Positions 7,985 to 11,219 of a stretch of 11,219 bases of DNA are shown one piece after another. The DNA lies in assembly GCF_012571345.1 (NCBI RefSeq), contig NZ_CP046218.1:248978-260196 (forward strand), written 5' to 3'. The notes below the pieces were generated by a model. It did not search any database. It had not been told where the DNA came from and saw nothing but the letters and a program-made list of their open reading frames with translations. The DNA comes from Candidatus Saccharimonadota bacterium (GTDB lineage: Bacteria > Pseudomonadota > Gammaproteobacteria > Enterobacterales > Enterobacteriaceae). Within the stretch, counting starts at the first letter, position 1; every line of letters begins with the position of its first letter. The position numbers and the translations under genes were made by a program.

Positions 7985-8034
7985 TATATATTTAAATGAT
8001 ATTGATACCCAAATATTTAAATACATAATTTGTT

Positions 8035-9672
8035 TTATTCATCTAAAAAACTTTTTAAAATATCGGAACGGCTAGGATGTCTTAATTTCCGTAATGCTTT
8101 AGCTTCTATTTGTCGTATTCTTTCTCTTGTAACATCAAATTGTTTACCCACTTCTTCTAATGTATGATCTGTATTCATATCTATACCAAATCTCATTCTT
8201 AATACTTTAGCTTCTCGAGGTGTTAAACTAGATAAAATATTATATGTAGCTATACGCAAACTTTCAGAAGTGGCAGATTCTAATGGTAATTTAGACGTAT
8301 TATCTTCAATAAAATCTCCTAAATGTGAATCTTCATCATCACCAATAGGTGTTTCCATAGAAATTGGTTCTTTAGCAATTTTTAATACTTTTCGAATTTT
8401 TTCTTCAGGAATCATTAGATATTCTGATAATTCTTCTGGAGTGGGTTCTCTGCCGATTTCTTGCAAAATTTTTCTTGATATTCGATTTAGTTTATTTATT
8501 GTTTCAATCATATGTACTGGTATACGTATAGTTCTAGCTTGATCAGCGATAGATCTTGTAATGGCTTGTCTAATCCACCAAGTAGCATAAGTAGAAAATT
8601 TATATCCTCTTTTATATTCAAATTTATCTACAGCTTTCATTAAACCAATATTACCTTCTTGGATTAAGTCTAAAAATTGCAATCCTCTATTTGTATATTT
8701 TTTAGCAATAGAAATGACTAGTCTTAAATTTGCTTCGACCATTTCTTTTTTAGCTTTTTGTGCTTTTATTTCACCTATATGTATTTTTTGATAAATATTT
8801 TTTATTTGTGCTATAGTTAATTTTGTTTTTTTTTCAATTTTTTTTAATGTTAAAAAAATTTTATATAATTTTTCGTACGTAAAATGATTAAAATGTTGTT
8901 GACATAATTTACATGCTTGTAGTTTAGAAAAAATATATTTTTCATTAGATTCATGATTTTTATAAAAAAACAAAAATTGTTTTTTAGTAATATTATAATG
9001 TTTAATAAAAAAATTTATAATTTTATTTTCTTGTTTTTTGATATAAAATATTAATTTACGAATATTATTAACTAAAAAATAAAATTCTTTAGAAATTAAT
9101 CTAAATTGTATAAAAACGTTAATAAGATTATTTTTTTCAATTAATGTTTTTTTATGATAATATCCCTTATTGCATATTAAATTATATGTTTTGTTAAATT
9201 GATTACGTAATAATACAAATTTTTTTTTAGCTAATATAGGATCAATATGATGATCATTATTTGTTAATAAACCATGTTCAGATGATGATAAAAATCTATT
9301 ATTATTTAAATTATCCTGTTGTTGTGTAGCATGTGTAAAACCATAGATAATATCAGAAAGCTTTTTTTCCCCAGACTCTATTAAATCATATTGATGTAAT
9401 ATATGCATGATAGTATTAGGATATTCTGCCATAGCACATTGAATTTGATACATTCCGGCTTCTATTTTTTTTGCAATATCGATTTCATCTGTTCTAGTTA
9501 ATAATGATACTGTACCCATTTCACGCATATATATACGTACAGGATCTGTTGTTTTTCCTAAATCATTATCATTGTTATTTGATAAAACTTGTTGTGTTAT
9601 TTCTTCTGGAATATGTTCTTGATTTAAAATAAAATCTTCTTCAAGCGATTCTTGTATTATTTTAATAGTCAT
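8035..9672 (-). CDS. rpoD: RNA polymerase primary sigma factor sigma-70. This is a shortened form (545 aa against 613 aa in E. coli).
   Basis: From [92 protein letters not shown] through ...[33 protein letters not shown] the product is almost identical to E. coli RpoD regions 2-4. Region 1.2 ([15 protein letters not shown]) is also present. The start is ATG at 9672. An in-frame TGA lies 9 codons upstream (8 sense codons between it and the ATG), so there is no longer N-terminus. Confidence 0.96.
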   Translation of the reverse strand: MTIKIIQESLEEDFILNQEHIPEEITQQVLSNNNDNDLGKTTDPVRIYMREMGTVSLLTRTDEIDIAKKIEAGMYQIQCAMAEYPNTIMHILHQYDLIESGEKKLSDIIYGFTHATQQQDNLNNNRFLSSSEHGLLTNNDHHIDPILAKKKFVLLRNQFNKTYNLICNKGYYHKKTLIEKNNLINVFIQFRLISKEFYFLVNNIRKLIFYIKKQENKIINFFIKHYNITKKQFLFFYKNHESNEKYIFSKLQACKLCQQHFNHFTYEKLYKIFLTLKKIEKKTKLTIAQIKNIYQKIHIGEIKAQKAKKEMVEANLRLVISIAKKYTNRGLQFLDLIQEGNIGLMKAVDKFEYKRGYKFSTYATWWIRQAITRSIADQARTIRIPVHMIETINKLNRISRKILQEIGREPTPEELSEYLMIPEEKIRKVLKIAKEPISMETPIGDDEDSHLGDFIEDNTSKLPLESATSESLRIATYNILSSLTPREAKVLRMRFGIDMNTDHTLEEVGKQFDVTRERIRQIEAKALRKLRHPSRSDILKSFLDE

Positions 9673-9875
9673 GTATTTTATCTTCTTTATAATATTTCAA
9701 ATTAAATCTTTAATTATTAAATTTTTATTAATGAAATTATTTTGTATATTTATAAAATAAACAAAATTTCATTTTTCAATATAAATATAAAAATATATGT
9801 TAATTATGATTCTATGTAATAGTTTTATTAAAAAAAATATTTTATATATACTACATATAAATTTTATTAAAAATA
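9673..9875 (-). promoter_or_regulatory. dnaG-rpoD intergenic spacer, with a possible internal rpoD promoter
   Basis: At 203 bp this is the largest noncoding stretch in the window. On the minus strand, TTGAAA (9779..9774) is followed after 18 nt by TTATAA (9755..9750), which is sigma-70-like but weak evidence in sequence this AT-rich. No ORF or RNA-like G+C island is visible. Confidence 0.2.
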
Positions 9876-11219
9876 TTATTTTTTAGCTAGTCTTTTAGTT
9901 AAAAACCATAATTCTTTTTTTTCATCTATATTTAATCCTATAATACGTTCTAGAGATATTAAATAATTTTGTCTATCTTCTAAAATTTGAATTTTCAATT
10001 TATATATCAATTGCATAAAAAAACATTTTATTTGTTTATTAGGGATCATATGATTCCATAAGGCAAGTATTTCAAGGTGTTGTTTAAATTTAGTAAATCT
10101 ATATTTTTCTATAATTTGTATAGTAGTAATATTTTTATTATTACAAAATTGAATTAAATTAATTAAAAATGGCAAACCATGTACTTTAGTAGTAAGATAT
10201 ACATGTATTTTAGGAACTAAACAAGATAATTGTGGATTTTGTATTAACAGACTAATTAGTAAACGTATAGTAGTTTTTTTAAAAAAATTATTATTTTTTT
10301 GAATATTATAAATATGATTACTTTGCATATGATTTTGATAAATATCTAATATATTCATTAGGCCAATTTTATTACCTAATTGTTTAACTAAATTTATCTG
10401 AAATAAATAATCGGGAATCATTCGGATTAAAGATAATGCTATATAACTTAATTTAGTTTTACCTTCACAAGTATTAATATTAATTTTGGATAATAATATT
10501 TGAAAAAAAAAATCTGAAAATAATAAAATGTTATTAATACGTTTTTCAAATAAAATTGTACCTTCTTTCCGTATTAAACTATCTGGATCTTCATTATTAG
10601 GTAAAATCATAAAACCAATACTTTTGCCATGTACCATATGGGTTAAACTGTTCTTTAATGACTTCCAATGTGCTTTCATGCCAGCAGCATCACCATCATA
10701 ACAATAAATAATCATATTTGTTACACAAAACAATTTTTTAATATGTACACTACTAATATGTGCACCTAATACTGCCACAACATATTTAATATTAAATTGA
10801 AATAAACTGATAACATCAGTATAACCTTCAACTACTAATATATGTTTTATATGTTTGTTATTTTGTATGGTTTCATACAAACCATATAATTCATGTTTTT
10901 TATGGAAAATAATACTATCAGAAGAATTAATATATTTTGGCATGTTATTTTGTTGTATAATACGTCCACCAAAACCTACAATATAACCTTGTAAATTTTT
11001 TATAGGAAAAATAATACGATTATGAAAAATATCATAATGTTTTTTAGTTAACGTATGTAAATTTATTATTTTCAATTTATATTGTAAAATCTTTAATAAT
11101 GTTGTATTTAACAAAATTTTTTGATGTATTGTACTAGACGAATAACCAATAGAAAAATATTGTATAATACTATTATTGTATCCTCTTTGTAAGAGATACT
11201 GATAAGCTATTTTGCCTTC
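9876..11219 (-). CDS. dnaG: DNA primase DnaG, 5' partial. The N-terminal zinc-binding domain lies beyond the right window edge.
   Basis: The ORF track starts it at an internal TTG (11114). My manual translation shows the frame stays open to 11219: EGKIAYQYLLQRGYNNSIIQYFSIGYSSS..., matching E. coli DnaG ...ARQYLEKRGLSHEVIARFAIGFAPPGW at about residue 128. Downstream matches are RIIFPIKNLQGYIVGFGGR (RVMFPIRDKRGRVIGFGGR), PKYINS, ILVVEGYTDV (TOPRIM Glu), CYDGDAAG (DxD) and the C-terminal ELWFLTKRLAKK (ELWTLNQELAKK). The dnaG-rpoD adjacency is as in the E. coli rpsU-dnaG-rpoD operon. Confidence 0.92.
   Translation of the reverse strand, partial: EGKIAYQYLLQRGYNNSIIQYFSIGYSSSTIHQKILLNTTLLKILQYKLKIINLHTLTKKHYDIFHNRIIFPIKNLQGYIVGFGGRIIQQNNMPKYINSSDSIIFHKKHELYGLYETIQNNKHIKHILVVEGYTDVISLFQFNIKYVVAVLGAHISSVHIKKLFCVTNMIIYCYDGDAAGMKAHWKSLKNSLTHMVHGKSIGFMILPNNEDPDSLIRKEGTILFEKRINNILLFSDFFFQILLSKININTCEGKTKLSYIALSLIRMIPDYLFQINLVKQLGNKIGLMNILDIYQNHMQSNHIYNIQKNNNFFKKTTIRLLISLLIQNPQLSCLVPKIHVYLTTKVHGLPFLINLIQFCNNKNITTIQIIEKYRFTKFKQHLEILALWNHMIPNKQIKCFFMQLIYKLKIQILEDRQNYLISLERIIGLNIDEKKELWFLTKRLAKK

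Noticed and set aside
7989-8023. A possible bidirectional terminator hairpin between map and rpoD. TATTTAAAT (7989..7997) can pair with ATTTAAATA (8015..8023), and the two arms also form a direct repeat of the palindromic core ATTTAAAT.
   Set aside because: The stem is 9 bp of A/T only with a 17-nt loop, so predicted stability is very low. Such palindromes are common by chance at this base composition. It is not supportable as a terminator without folding energies or transcript 3'-end data.
8270-8542. 90-aa plus-strand ORF from the ORF track
   Set aside because: It is antisense to rpoD regions 3-4, which are nearly identical to E. coli. The open frame is a by-product of strong codon constraint on the opposite strand.
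9876-10020. A sigma-32 heat-shock promoter inside the 3' end of dnaG, as known upstream of E. coli rpoD
   Set aside because: I looked on the minus strand for CTTGAAA...CCCCAT-like elements. A TTGAAAAT is present, but no CCCCAT-type -10 follows at suitable spacing.
1-11219. An alternative genetic code (TGA read as Trp), which is seen in some tiny symbiont genomes
   Set aside because: All 11 genes are intact under the standard bacterial code. Conserved Trp positions use TGG (for example WW in rpo[10 protein letters not shown], plus-strand ccacca at ~8577..8582), and TGA acts as a stop upstream of the rpoD and bamA starts.
1-11219. CRISPR arrays, tandem or inverted repeats of IS or transposon type, integrase or transposase genes, tRNA or rRNA genes, defence or toxin-antitoxin modules
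   Set aside because: None was found. Every ORF over 200 nt that is not antisense to a conserved gene is a recognisable housekeeping ortholog. Noncoding DNA totals only ~570-600 bp and contains no G+C-rich island suggesting a structured RNA. Exhaustive repeat detection by eye is not reliable in sequence this AT-rich, so short repeats could have been missed.

Overview
This 11.2-kb window is extremely AT-rich (roughly 18-20% G+C, estimated by eye from sampled lines, not computed) and about 95% coding. It holds 11 core housekeeping genes, two of them cut by the window edges. On the minus strand the order is dnaG (5' partial), rpoD, then rpsB-tsf-pyrH-frr-dxr-uppS-rseP-bamA (3' partial). map sits on the plus strand, divergent from rpsB. 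The rpsB-to-bamA block is collinear with the E. coli map/rpsB-tsf-pyrH-frr-dxr-ispU-cdsA-rseP-bamA region, except that cdsA is missing. Sigma-70 regions 2-4 are almost identical to E. coli RpoD. Extreme AT bias, Ile/Lys/Asn-rich proteins, tiny spacers and loss of a phospholipid gene all point to a reduced-genome, Enterobacterales-derived obligate (probably insect) endosymbiont; I cannot name the species from sequence alone. I see no tRNA, rRNA, CRISPR array, mobile element, prophage, toxin-antitoxin or defence-like gene, and I do not think a novel multi-gene system is present. The observations worth a second look are all genome-erosion phenomena. (1) dxr is an intact ORF, but its product appears to have lost most canonical active-site residues, while the adjacent uppS is well conserved. 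(2) rpoD lacks the folded part of region 1.1 and the acidic loop of the non-conserved region. (3) cdsA has been cleanly excised. (4) A synteny breakpoint joins map to rpoD. (5) Long in-frame poly(A/T) tracts occur inside genes. The supplied ORF track misses bamA entirely and under-calls the 5' end of dnaG, because both run off the window.
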